Assembly: GCA_964252035.1 (NCBI GenBank)
Contig: OZ176201.1
Strand: one strand, 5' to 3'
Origin: Podarcis erhardii
Lineage: Eukaryota
Length of the DNA: 64,000 bases
Shown here: positions 24,890 to 37,841 of the stretch, in pieces
Numbering within the stretch: the first letter of the stretch is position 1
Layout: the number at the start of each line of letters is the position of its first letter
Translations under genes and position numbers: made by a program
Notes under the pieces: generated by a model
Database searches by the model: none
Told to the model about the DNA's origin: nothing
The model's input: only the letters and a program-made list of their open reading frames with translations

Positions 24890-26829
24890 GAACTGACTTA
24901 GTTGGTCTTTAAGGTGCTACTGGAAGGAATTTGTTTTGTTTTGACTATGGCAGACCAACACGGCTACCTATCTGTAACATGTGACCATTGTCTTCAAGGT
25001 AATCAGGAGTGCACACCCCCCCCCTCTTTTCATGGAACATTTATCACTTCCTGGAGCCAACTGGTCAAACCCTCTCCTGCTTGATATAGTAAGCAAGATG
25101 GTCGTACCTAACGGGTAACTGGCTCTGGTCCTTGTCTCAGCAATTGAAAGTCATTTCATAAAAAAGGAATAGATGGCACTCTGGATGTACTGTATTCATT
25201 GCAGATCTACAAGAATGCAGAGTGCAGGTTGCCACAGATGCAAGCAATTTTATCCTCAGAGTACTTAGTAGATGAGTGATAACAGACATCCAAGGACTTA
25301 TCCCATCAACTTATGTCCCAGTACCTCCATTTTCTCCCTCTCCTGCATGCTTTAGACTCAGACAGTGTCATTTTGAAACACCAGCTGTATTTACTTGGCG
25401 TTTTGTGTCTGTAAGTTTGAGTGTTGCATATATCTGAGCAGACACTGAACAGGTCAAAGAGATATTAGTTGGGGACTTTTGGCCTGTGAATCTAATTAGG
25501 CCTGCCAGACCATTTTGGCCAAGCCATGCCCACCTGCCCAGCACCTGATGTCATATATATTGCATCAGGTGTGGGGCAGATAAAAGCGCAGTGGGGGTTT
25601 GCAAGGCACATTGAAGCACCGGCTGTTAGGTGGTTGTTGGGGCTTCAAATCACCACCTAGGGATCTCTACAAGCATCAACAATCAACTGGTTGAGGGTGC
25701 CTGAAGTGCACAGCCAACAATCAGCTGATTGTTGGGAATCCAAAGCACATCTCTTACAAGCAGCAGGGATTGGCTGCACTAGGGAAGTCCCTATTGGGAA
25801 ATCCATAGTGCAGTTGAGGAGGCTAGAGGAAACAGCTTGGATTCAAAATGCTGGAGGAAGCACTAAAAAATGAGGATTTATCCCTCTGCAAAGAAAGTGG
25901 TTTGGATTCAGAGTCCTTCATCCAGCTCTTTGAATCCAATTTATTTCTTCTGGAGAGAGAGAAATGCTCAGCTTTCAATCTTTCTCTTTCTCTCTCCAGA
26001 AGAAACAGCTTGATAAACTTAGGGCTTACATGCTAATTCCTACATGCTTCCCATGTAGGGATTTTGTAGTGTTTGAAGTGCCCTGCAAATAGTCATGAAA
26101 AGCATTTGACAGTTACACTTCTGGAATGACAACTCTCCAGAATAGGCTTGCATATATGTCAGCCATGAGTTGTATTTGGATTTTTAAGGTGTTTTCTTGC
26201 CTGACTTGAAGATACTGCCTCAGTGTGTGAACTGATCATGATGCTCTTGGGCAAATTCTACTGATGAAACGCGTGCTGTTTACATTTTTGATGCAGCATA
26301 ACGTGTTAATATATTCCTCCCTTGTCAGTCTTTGGGAGGTGTCCCTCAGTGCAACTGGAGGATTGCCTAAAGCAATGATATCAAAGTTTTGCCATTATTT
26401 CTCCATGTCTACTCTGCACACCCCTCTGCATATCCAGTATTCCATGCTGTAGAGTAACCTGTTCTGCAGGAGAATTTCCCCAGCAGGTAGACTTGGACAT
26501 TTCCATTTGATTAACGTTCCAACAATGAATATTTTAAAAGGCTGGACTTGGATTACAGCCTTGGTGTGTGCACATACACAGTCATTTACAGATGCACTCT
26601 CAGTGCATCTACCTGTACACAGTGCTAATATCTTCAGTTTCTTGATTAACAGGCTGGGGCCCAGGTTGACAAAAAGCCCTCATTCCCTGAACACCCACTC
26701 TCCAGCCCACTTAGCAAAAGATGGAGCCCTCCTGGGTGACAAAAAATAGCTGAAGGCTGTATTACATAATGGTTGCTTTAATTTTGGCATTTCCCTAGAA
26801 CACTAGCACTAATTGCAGCATCAGTAAGG

Positions 26830-28880
26830 GCACAATAGCTGGGTTAGACGAAGGGTCCCTCTAGTCTATCGTCCTGCTAGATGCTTCTAGGAGACCCGCC
26901 TGCAGCCTCCCCCATTGCTTCCTCCCTCTGCCCCCAGGAACTGGTATTCAGAGGTTCCATTTATTTACCATGACTGATAGCTGTTGATAGCCTTATCCTC
27001 CGTAAACCTGTCTAATCCTCTTTTAAAGTCATCACAACATCTTGCGGCAACAAATTCCATAAGCTCATTACGTGCTGTTTGAAAAAGTACTTTCTTTTGT
27101 CTGTCCTGAATCTTATCACCAATTAATGTAAATAGTGACCCTGAATTCTAGTTAGGAAGGGGGAGGGATCTCTTTTTTTAGTTATTTTCTCTAGACCATT
27201 CAAAATGTTTTTCTCCAGTACAACTTCCACAATATCCCTCTTGTTCACCTGTAAAAGCCTCAACTGCTTTAACCTTTCATGGTAGGGAAGGTGCTATACA
27301 CTCATCATTGTGTGCCCTCTTTCAGCATTTGCTCCAGCTCTACAATATTCTTTACATATTCAAATACGGTTGTATTATAGCTTTGTACCAAGCCATTACA
27401 ATACTGACCACTTTATTATTTAGAATCTTATAAACAATCCTTTATATGAAATTTGTTTTTATCACTGATGCCTCACAATGAAGTGATGTTTTCCACCCGG
27501 CATATATGTGGGTGGAATTTTTTCTCTCGGTGTTTATCACTTTTCCATTTTCAGTTAACCTAACTTGCTATTTTGTTTTGCCCATTCACTCAGTTTGCGG
27601 ACACCCTTCAGGATAGGAGTAGGGACTCTGTCAAGAGTTCAACTGTGAGGGAGAGGTCAGCTTGGCCAGCACACTCCCCACAGGAAATGCACTAGGGAAG
27701 CACCACCCAGCAGGACTGAACTCTCTGCTCATCAGCTGATGAGAGGGGTGTTAAATCCTGCTGTTTTGACTGTATACCAGTTCTCTGTGGGGACCTGGTG
27801 GGCACAGCCAATGCAGAATTCAACCTCGCCCATCAGCTGATTGGCAGGTGGAAGTGCTTTGGGGAAAATTGGAGGTCAAATTGGACCCCCTGGTAGGCCA
27901 AGATTGGCCTGTGGGCTGTAGGATCCCTTTTCCTGCTTAAGGAGCTCTTCTCATTCTACATCAAGCCCCATTCTGATTGATATCATCCAAAAACTTGGCC
28001 ACCTTACAACTTACTCCTTGACCTGATGTAAATAAGTTAAATCGCATTGGTTCCTATACATATCCTTGAGGGACTCCACTGCTTACTTCTGTCCATTATG
28101 AATACTGTCAATTTGTTTATTCGTGTCTTATGATGCCTCTTTTTTAACCAATTATCATGAGAGGACCCTGAACAAAGGTTAGACTAATAGATTTGTAATT
28201 TCCTGATTTTCTGCCAGCTTTAAAAAGTTGATACAGTATTATTTTAAGGAAATCAGTTTTAATGACAAAGGTCATATTTTAATTGGATGATCAACGATTT
28301 CATATTGGGTGTGTGGCATCTGGTGACTTTTTTGTGGTCAATTAGCCATAGACCTTCATCTCTTGCCATCTCTAATGAATACTAGTTCCTGTATCTTCCA
28401 CAGTGAATTCAGCCAGCTTCTCAGTAATCTTCCTATTCTCATTCAGCAATTCTTTCACACCACTTTTGTCTTAACAGTCTGACAGCTCCCCAGGCTAGTT
28501 TCCTCATTCTAAAGGATCAAAATAAAGCTGTATAGTTTTGAACAATATCTCCCTCAAATTTTATTCACTTGGTTTATTGTCATTTTACATTTGTTTTACC
28601 AGAGTTTAAGCTCTTTTTGTTTTCCCAATTTGGACAAGGCATCCATTTTCTAAAAGAAAGCTTCTTCCTTTTACTGTTTCCTTGAAGTCTGCTCATTAAC
28701 TAGGTGGGCATCTTCCTGGCTTTGTTTATTCCTTTCTAATCTGCTGTATAGATTTTATCTGAGCTTCTAGTACAGTATGTTTCATTAGCTTCTAAGTGTT
28801 CTGAAGACATCTGACTCTCCCTTTCAACTTCCTTTTAACTAATCCCCTCATTTATTAGGTTTCTTCCGTCAATAACATTA
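26830..28880 (-). mobile_element. Degenerate CR1 LINE (RT and 3' end), with deletions
   Basis: Minus strand gives SGVPQG (28064-28080) and a KVAKF(L)DD remnant near 27980-28005; 26830-27110 resembles the CR1 3' region; no long ORF remains. Confidence 0.75.
27609..27935. mobile_element. Possible old hAT MITE inserted in the CR1
   Basis: GC shift and CAGGA...TCCTG ends with GGCCTGTGGGCTGTAGG subterminal motif; no TSD found. Confidence 0.3.
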
Positions 28881-31800
28881 TGATTGGCATTCTGGTATTC
28901 TGACACTATTCTCATCCTGCTTTTGCCTTCAGGCTTTACACTTGGGACTTCAAGTACTGCAGGATAGTTATTTATTGTTTGATGAACAGCTTGTGTTTGT
29001 TAGCTGACAGAATAAAAGATTAGTACCTCTCTGTGTATTAGCTACTAGCTGAGGATGCATAGTGGTAGTAATGTGTAAAATGTTCATGATCTTCAATATT
29101 TTCATGCAAAAACCGTCATTTCAAAGGGTCCACAACTTCCCCTTTATTTCCATTTCAAGATTATTTTCATGCTTCTTCCACAGCTCTCCCCCACCACCTC
29201 CACTTCAGCTCAGCACTACATGATGTATTTTAATAGGTTAGACACACATGAGAGATGACACATTTTACAAATGATGCAGGCTCAAACTCTTGGCAGATTC
29301 ATTTGACTCCTCCACGCTGTCATTTATCCTGGGTCACTACTGAAATTCTGTTGATTTCACCAGCACTAGACCTACCTCTACAGTATAAACACTTCTGATT
29401 GACATATGCACTGAGAATGTGTGGAACTCACCTAGGTATAGTCTGCTACTGTTTAGGCGACTACAAATTATATGCAGTAAAAAAGGGAGAAATTTTCCCA
29501 TTCTTCAGCGTGTGGCTTCAAAGCTGCGGCCTGTTTTATGTGCTGTTCACTTCTTCTTGGAGCTGCTACTGCAGGATCTGCCGCAATTCTCTCTCCTTCT
29601 CTATTGACATCCTGCAGCTGAGGAGTGAGAGAAATCCCTGAAAATCAGCTGCTTTGACAGGCCAAGATAGCAATGACACTAGGGTCCAAGAGTGTTCCTT
29701 GTCAGCTCTAGAATCTGGAAGAACCAGCTGATACCCACTGATACTTGCTGCCCAAATTTCAGCGGCAGAAATCTCCCTTCTGCAGTTGCTGCTGGAGCTG
29801 TTGCATGGCTTTTAAAAGACAATTACCTAAGATGATGTAGGAATCCAAATGCTGCTTGTCGTGAGCCCAGTTGCTGCAAAATGGACTGTTGAGACATGTC
29901 CTCCCAATGCAGGAGTGCAAGGTAGAAGGCTAAATATGGCTGCATTATAAGTGCACTGTAAGTATCACAAGCCACCAATGCATTGAATAGTAGAGAGCAG
30001 TGGAACTATGTAAGCCTCTCTTCCTTTCTCACAATTTTTCCTTTCCTTCTCATTCTCTGTATCCCTTGTTTCCTCTCTGCTTCCTTTCTCTAAGGGAGTC
30101 AAAATACTGGTTAAAAGTGCAATACTTCTAGATGGTTCAGGATATAACGGAATCACGGGTTAATACCTGCCTTGAAAATCTCAAAACATTGCAAGGCCAC
30201 GTTAGCCTGATATATACTGAAACTTTATGAAGATCAAGTTATGTCTGGTGCCTGTACAAAGATTTTTGGGAGATCAACAGGTTGGTGAGATCCCATAAAA
30301 ATCAAAGTGAGGATCTATCTACTCTTTTGTTTCCCCTGCAATGAAGGGTGACTGCTGAATGCAATAGAGAAGCAAGAAAGTGTGCTTTTGCGAAACTGCA
30401 CCATTCCTCCAGGGCACAAGTCACCAACCTTTTTGGACTAGTGGGCACATTATGAAATTTCAGAGAGTTCCAGGTCTCAAAATGACTGCCATGAAGGCAG
30501 GGGTGCCATAACACAAAATTAGATGCCCACCACTGACAACCTTATTCTTGCCATGGAAAGTCAGCTACGTTCTGCTGGTCCTGATTATGGCGATCCAACT
30601 CTGACAGATGCTGTTGCTCTCTAATAACAACAAGGAGCATTCCCCAGGAAAAAGCAAAAATATACTAGGTAGCCACACCACTCTCATTTTACAGAAATCA
30701 CTTAGAAGTTACCTGCAAATCTTACCCCATAACTTTCTTTCTAAGAAGGCTAGAGACACTTGCCCAGGGACACCACTGGTGACCTAGGACTAGCAAGCCC
30801 TGTGTGGGAAAGCATCTCTCATTTTTCAGCAATGAGAAACGAAAACTGGCTGCTATGAAAATACTCATGAAATGAGTGATCTCTGACTGCCCAAAAGCTA
30901 ATTGTTAATATTTCTGCTCATCAGAATGTCTTCATGTCAGACAGATGACATTTTGCCTGCAAGGCATCCTTGCCCTCTCTGCTTGGCCCAATGGAAACCT
31001 GCAGGCTGCATGGCCCTTAGAGACCAATCAGAGATACTGATTCCAAGAGATACTCCTCCAAGATCTACATGATAGCTGTCTCTTTCTAGTGCCCTACTGA
31101 TCCTGTATAGTCATTTCAAAATATGTTACTTGCATGACCTCAGATACTCTAACACTGCAAAACATTGTTCTCTAACAATGTTAGGGTCTCATATGTCCAC
31201 TGGTTATGTAACATCTGCCAAGGTGGCAAGACCTTTGGGGAGATTTCCTTCCACCTGGATTTTACATACTGTTTGACTTGGGCTTTTGCAAATGCAAGAC
31301 TACAAAAAAACCCAATAAGAAAAAATCTCAGGATCATTTGAACTTCAAAGACAATGGATTTACACTTTCAGACTAAATAAGGTTGCCTTTCCCAGACAGA
31401 CAAATTTTGCATTATTAGAAACTTGCATTGCCTGCAAAAGCAGAAATCTTCCCAAGTTAATCTAAGCAGAGATTTTTATTGTGACTTAATTTAAAAAAAA
31501 AAAATCTGTGAACCAGACAGAGTTGATTTTGTTCTGGCTCATTAGAGAAAAATATTCAAGCTGATTCCTGCTTCTTTCAGAACTCATTTCCTCAATGTCA
31601 GTAACTGTGGTGATTCATATAGTATAATATTACCATTAACATCATTATTCAATTTAGCCTTTCCAATATTAAGAAGCAGTCCCCCACACACCTGCCCCAA
31701 ATCATGAGAATTTGTATACAGTATATTTTAGTTGTACATTTTAGTTTTGAAGATAACCACCCAAAGGCTTCCTGAATTGGACATTCTCAGTGGGTGTCTT

Positions 31801-32075
31801 TTGGGGGGAGGGGATAAAGGAATGAGGCTCCTCTACTCATATATTGATAAAAGTGTTGTGGGTGCCAGCACAAAATGGCTGCCATGTGCTGCAAATGAAT
31901 AAAATAAAAAGAAGTGCTGGTACTCTATATTCAGTACTTTAGCAGAAAGAGCCATGGACATGCTAATCTAGGGCGTTGCCAAATTTCAAAACCTCCATAG
32001 AAATACAATTTCCTTAACCTAATTTAATTTAATTTAATGTAATGGAGAGGGTGAATCATCATTAAGCAGAATCAT

Positions 32076-32109
32076 TACCATATTGGCCCGAATATAAGCC
32101 GCACCCGAA
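32076..32109 (+). mobile_element. Terminal remnant of a Tc1/mariner-like DNA element (target of the hAT insertion)
   Basis: TACCATATTGGCCCGAATATAAGCCGCACCCGAA(TAT) resembles TA+CCGTA..CGAATATAAGCCGCAC TIRs; family from memory. Confidence 0.4.
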
Positions 32110-32879
32110 CAATGGCATCGCAAGGTGGGGGCAGGGGAGGCGGTGTGCCCCGTGTTCCATGTCTGGGTGTGTGTGACAAGAAGGCACCCTGTGGGGTGCT
32201 TGCCCTGCCAGGCCCAGGCGTGTCAGCACAAGCAGCCATCGCGCCGCCGCAGCCAAATGTGGAGGATCCTCTGCTCATGGCTGCAGCCACGAGCAGAGGA
32301 TCCCACCACCGTCCATACGGCTCTCGGGCGGCGGCGGCAAACTGCTACGTACAACGCATGCGCAGTGTCGCACACATGCGCTGTGTGTAGCGACGCTGCA
32401 CATGTTCTGTACATAGTGGTTTGCCACTGGTGCCGCTGGAGCACTGTATGGACGCGGTGGGATCCCTACGCCGCCAGTAGGAGTCGCTTACAGCGAGCTG
32501 GGGGCCCCCCTCCCAGCCTCCCTCCCTCCCCGGCTCGCCATAAGCAGCTACTGCTTTGCTGCTTTACAGCGAGCTGGGGAGGGAGGGGGGGACAGATGGG
32601 AGCCGTTGCTCCTGAGAGGACAAGCTGTGCAGCTTTGCCAGCACCCTGGCAAAGCAGCATAGCTCCCCCCCTTCCCCCAATGGCTCGGGGTACTTGGGAG
32701 TCGCGGGAGTGGGGACGCAGAGGAGTAGGGAGCGGGGGCAGACCACCCCAGGTTTCATCACTGAGGAGGTGACATTTGGTGCCTGCCCGTGACTCCCAAG
32801 CCTACCCCTAGCTGTCAATGGGGGGGGGGTGACAAAAAAAATTCCACACCGGGTACCACCTGGGCTTGCTATGCCTCTG
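32110..32879. mobile_element. Non-autonomous hAT element, 770 bp, CpG-rich
   Basis: Perfect 8-bp TSD CACCCGAA (32102-32109, 32880-32887); TIRs CAATGGCATCGCAAG vs CAGAGGCATAGCAAG (12/15). Confidence 0.85.
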
Positions 32880-33842
32880 CACCCGAATATGTCATTCCCT
32901 TAAAATTCCACAGGCACTCACATCCATTCCATTTTACCATATGTCTGTTTCAGTTTTTGTAAGGTTGTGAATTTAAGCCACACTTTAACTTAACTTTTCA
33001 CGGTTGGAATTTGAAAGAAAAAACCTGTGGCTTGTATTTGGGCCAATATGGTACATAGAATCATTGAGGATTCTGTGTCAGAGATGGGCTGGAGCATGAC
33101 AGCTGGGGGAATGTGTGGGAAAAGGAGGCAGGTGGTAGTGGGGAAGATCCCTCAGAAGGGGCCAGTGATTTGTGAGGTTCTGAGGAGATCGAGGGGAGTC
33201 AGGAGGAAGAAACCGGGGAGTCAGAGCCGGAGGGGAAAGAAGGAAGGAAAAGCTGGAAGAGGTCTCAGAAGCTGACCATTGACATCCCCCCTCTCTCCTC
33301 CTTCGCTGTATCTCTGCTCAAGGAGAGGCTTGAAATGAGGGGAGCAACTGATGCTTGCGCACACCACATCAGACAAGGGGTGTGGGTAAGAAAGCAGGAA
33401 AGGGTGAGGCCACACTGTTGCTCCAACTCTCCAAGATAGAGCACCGTTCTGCAGAGGTAGATTTCCTAGGCAGTTAGTTAGCAGGAAGGGCCATGCATAT
33501 CCCTTGCACCTTAGCAGCTGATGTAACCAAGTGCTTTGCTAATAAAGAACTAAAATTCCTGTTGCTTGTCCTCATTGGTCTGGCTGCATGCGGCATCCTT
33601 GTGACTCAAGTGCTTCTGAGTCCTGGTGAGTTTTAACAACCATTAATTTGCAAGGTTAAACTTTGTCTCCATCACAAGATTAGAGCCAGTGTGGTGTAGT
33701 ATTTAAAAGTGTGGGACTAGGACCTGGGACTAGGACCTATTACTGTTGAGTAATACACCCACCTGGTAACTAAAAATGGAAATGTGTTATTTCACACACA
33801 TGGTTACCTGCTATCTAAATTAAGCTTTCCATTACCTTCTAG

Positions 33843-35997
33843 ATTTCAACCCTGCAGTCAAACACCCTCATTCGGAAAGTGAAACGGACACTGCCTAGCC
33901 CCCCACCGGAAGAAGCTCATCTCCCTCTGGCCAGCCAAGCTCACTCACAGATGTACATGCCGGGCCTCATGCAGAAGGGAGTAGCAGGGCCAGCCATTCA
34001 GGTGACGAAGGCCAGCCTCCTCAAAGACATTGACCGCGACTTGAAGCTAGTGGAGCACGAGTCCACAAAGCTGCGGAAGAAACAGGCTGAGCTTGATGAA
34101 GAAGAAAAGGAGATTGATGCCAAACTGAAGTACTTGGAACTGGGGATTACGCAGAGAAAAGAGTCTTTGCTGAAGGACCGGAACGTCCGTGACTATCCCT
34201 ACCTGAGATGCTTGGGGGAAAACAGGGATTATATGTCTGACAGCGAGCTCAACAATCTACGACTCTCTGGCTATGAGAGTCTGACGAGGCCTAGTACTGC
34301 CCCTTCCAATCAGTACGCTGACTTTTCCAGTGCACAGTACACATCAGCCTCCTCTTACACCCCATATCAGTACTCCTCAGGACAAGCTGCCCCACCAGCC
34401 CCAGCCGCATTCCAGCAAGCAAGGTTCCAGCCTCCACACTACCCCTCAGCAAGCAATGTCCCTGCGCAGAACGGATTCCAAGCAAGCCAGATGCCGGCCT
34501 ACCCTTCCCAAACGACATACCAGAGTCACAGCTTTACTCCAAGCACTGGGTATCAGTCTGAACAGGTTCTGCAAAGTCACCAAGGCTTCCGGCCACCTTA
34601 CCAAGCACAGACCACGTATCCCAGTCAGACACCTCTGCAGCCAGCACAGAGCGCTCTTTTCCAGACCCACGCGGACACACACACCACCTCCCAGAAACCG
34701 CGGCAGACATCGCTAGCTGACCTCGAGCAGAAGATGCCCACTAATTATGAAGTAATAGGCAACCCCACTGTGGTCATCTCAGCCGCAACTCCAGAAGTGA
34801 CGTACAGCACCACAACTGTGACCAGCAGCTACGACCAGTACAAGCCGCCAGAAGGAAGGCTGGTGGACAGGAGCGGCGTAACCCAAAGTCCCTCAACCAG
34901 CTATTCCTCTGACTCCCTCTACACCAACCTGGAGCAGAACATTCCTCGGAACTATGTAATGATCGATGACATCAGTGAACTAACCAAAGAGAGCACCTCA
35001 GCAGAGGGCCAAAAAGGAGATTCGCAGTTGCAGAGCAGTAATGGGCGATATATGAAAGAAAAGAGTGACTTCACAGACACAGATGTCTCCAGCAGGCCTT
35101 GTTGCTACCCAAAGGGAGAAGAGTCAGAGGAGGACATGTATGATCACCATGGCCCTGACCATCGTGGGAGAGGCTACCATAGGGGCCCAGAGAGCAATGG
35201 GAGGATGTCAGGTAGCTCTGGCTCCTACTACTATGGGGACAGTGATTACAGGCACTCCACTCGCCCAGACAAGCCTGGGTCCACCATGGGAGTGCAGAAG
35301 CACTCTTCCAAAAACTTGGCCCCAGCTGTCATCTCTTCCAAACGCAGCAAGCATCGGAAACAAGGTATGGAACAGAAGATCTCAAAATTCTCCCCTATAG
35401 AAGAAGCGAGAGATGTGGAATCAGACCTGGCCTCTTACCCAGCAACCACGTCAGTCAGCAGCAGCAGTGTGGCATCCAGAGCAAAGAAGATGCAAGACGA
35501 CATCACATACGGCCTCAAAAAGAATGTATATGAACAGCAGAAGTACTATGGTGGGTCTGCCAGGGATACGATGGAAGAAGATGACAGGGCATACAGTGGT
35601 GGGCGATCCAGATCGTCCGGCTATGTGTCGGAGAGAATGTCGAGCCGCGAGATCAGGAGCAGGTCCTACGAGAGAGAGAGCATGGAGAGGCCTCAGAGAG
35701 GCAGTTCCAAACCTTCTTCCCTTAGCATGAGTCAAAGTCGCGGGCGACCTCCAATTCGCACACAAACCTCAGAAGAAGAGAGCCCCATCAGTCCTTTGGG
35801 GAAGTCCATGGGCGTATCACGGTCCTCGGGTGGGCCTCTCCCCCAGTCTGCTGGGGACAGCTGCTCTCAGTTCTGCTCCAGTCACTCATTGCCTGATGTA
35901 CAAGAACATATCAAAGATGTGCCAAGAACCCACTCTTACAAGCATGAGGAAGGTTACATCATGGATGATTCACACTGTGTTGTTTCAGACAGTGAAG
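33843..35997 (+). CDS. BSN: Bassoon coding exon (approx. exon 6); coiled coil CC3
   Basis: Acceptor CCTTCTAG|, donor G|GTAATG; 2,155 nt, phase 0/1; RKVKRTLPSPPPEE, ESTKLRKKQAELDEEEKEIDAKLKYLELGITQRKESL, SKFSPIEE. Confidence 0.96.
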
Positions 35998-36372
35998 GTA
36001 ATGGCTACCTGTGGTAACTTAACCCCAGAGCATGCCCAAGCGGGTCATATTTGCAAGGACAATACCACAGCCTCCGTTTCCTTGCCAGGTGCCTTTCTCC
36101 CGCATATTGCTTTCTGTTTTGGTGGTTCTGTGTTAGCATGCTGCACTCTGCATGTCCTACTGGTGCTCGGCTCACTGCTTGTTCAGTGTGATACTGTGCT
36201 ATGATTCCTCTTTATTTATAGATACGTATTTCCCAAGCGGCTACTGTGGCATATCCTGTGTGCATGCGATCAGTTCCTTGCTTTCTTTTAATCCATTGCA
36301 TGGCTTCATCCTGGGGTACATTCCCAACTGTGGATGAGGGGATTGACTGTGATTTGTTTTTGGTTTCTGAAG

Positions 36373-37211
36373 CCTATCACTTGGGTCAGGAGGAGACAGA
36401 CTGGTTTGATAAGCCGAGGGAACCTCGTTCGGAGAGGATGAGGCATTATGGTGGCCACTCCTCATCCTCCCAAAGGAGGGGTCCAGTTAAGCACACCTAT
36501 CACGACTATGACGAGCCCCCGGATGAAGACATGTGGCATCACGATGACTACTCTCACCCGCGACACTCCTCTTCCAAAGAACACAGGCACCATGGAGACT
36601 ACGGGAGGCATTCGTCCTCCTCCCGGCACTCCACCGATGACCTGCCAAAGAGGTCATCCAGGCAACATCCAAGAGATGCTGGCCGCCACGAGTCACGCGG
36701 ACATGGGCAGCCCTCTTCCCAGAAGAAGGCTCAGCAGGCTGATATAAGAGCACAGCCAGGTTATCCTTCCAGCTCCTCAGAGTACTCCCAGCAGTCTCGG
36801 CAGCCGTCAGGCTACCATCATACCTCAGAGTCCCAAAAATCGCAGAGGCAGGTGCAACATGGGCCGCCATCTCAGCAGCCAAAATCGGAGCCTCTTTCGC
36901 ACCAACAGCAGCAGCAAGCGAGGCAGCAGCAAGTTGGGCAGCAGCAGCAGCAGCCGTCATCCAGGCAGCAGCAGCCATCGAGCAGACAGCAGCAGCAGCA
37001 GCAAGCAGCTCCCTCGCAACAACCTTCTCAGCAACAGCAACAGCAAGCTAGGGTGCAGCAGCAGCAGCAGCAGCAGCAGCAGCCACCGCCCGCAGGAACC
37101 CAAGCCCAGCCCTCCTCACGGCCAGCCCAACAACAGCCTGGCCAAGCCCAGCCAGCAGGCAAACCCCAATCTGCCCTCCAAGCACAACCTGGCACTCACC
37201 CAGCGGGACCA
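36373..37211 (+). CDS. BSN: Bassoon coding exon (approx. exon 7); His/Gln-rich region
   Basis: Acceptor TTTCTGAAG|, donor CCA|GTAAGT; 839 nt, phase 1/0; junction rebuilds [22 protein letters not shown]. Confidence 0.93.
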
Positions 37212-37744
37212 GTAAGTACCTACATGCCTTTGCTCGGGGTCAGTTATACAGGCGATGGCCTGTTCTGTAGTACAGGAGTCGCGCTGGGATTGCCTCACCT
37301 TAGAATGTCAAAGCAAGGAAATGTGCATTTGCGGACTGACTAGGTCGCTGTGGAGAATGGAGTCTTCCCAGCAGAGAGGAGGTTCATGGAACTAATAATA
37401 GGCTGCAGTAAGTTATAGAGGGGGCAGTTTGGACACAGACAAAGAAGAGGCAAGGGGAAAGGAAAGGAATGCACTTAAGGGAATGGCCTTTGTATAGGAG
37501 CTTTATATGTAGCTTTCTTGATGGAGATCACAGGCAGTACCTCAGGAATCCTAGAGGGTGGGGAGTATCTGGTGGAGAATAGGGTGGGTGGATAAGGATT
37601 GCTGTGAGACAGCCAGGATGACCTGGCAGTTAAACTCTAGGAAGAAGGCTAAGAGAAAGACCCCAGGAGATGGGCTTCATTTTACCATTATTCGTTCTCA
37701 TTTGCATTAAATAAATACATAAATCACTGTTTGCTATATTACAG

Positions 37745-37841
37745 TCTAAAGCAGAGCAGATGGATGCATCCAAACCTACCACAAAAGTGCCACAGGTGGG
37801 GAAAGCACCCCAAACACAGCCACTGGGAGCAGCAGCAGGAG
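37745..37841 (+). CDS. BSN: Bassoon coding exon (approx. exon 8)
   Basis: TTACAG|TCT AAA GCA GAG CAG (SKAEQ...AAAG), donor G|GTCAGT; 97 nt, phases fit both neighbours. Confidence 0.85.

Larger units (their letters stand above)
24709..24978. mobile_element. Penelope-like element remnant with inverted (fold-back) terminal segments
   Basis: Perfect 82-bp inverted repeat (24709-24790 / 24849-24930), three tandem 29-bp units (24765-24846, last partial), flanking direct repeat CATGTGACCATT (24700-24711, 24978-24989); hammerhead-containing repeats with an inverted truncated copy are typical of PLEs. Confidence 0.75.

Noticed and set aside
32062-32818. Cluster of ORFs up to 215 aa
   Set aside because: Inside a GC-rich non-autonomous hAT element where stops are scarce; no transposase motifs.
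36246-36372. ORF extensions past BSN exon boundaries (also 9664-9708, 21676-21696, 35998-36017, 37212-37343)
   Set aside because: Intronic read-through of the ORF finder; canonical splice sites rebuild the conserved protein.
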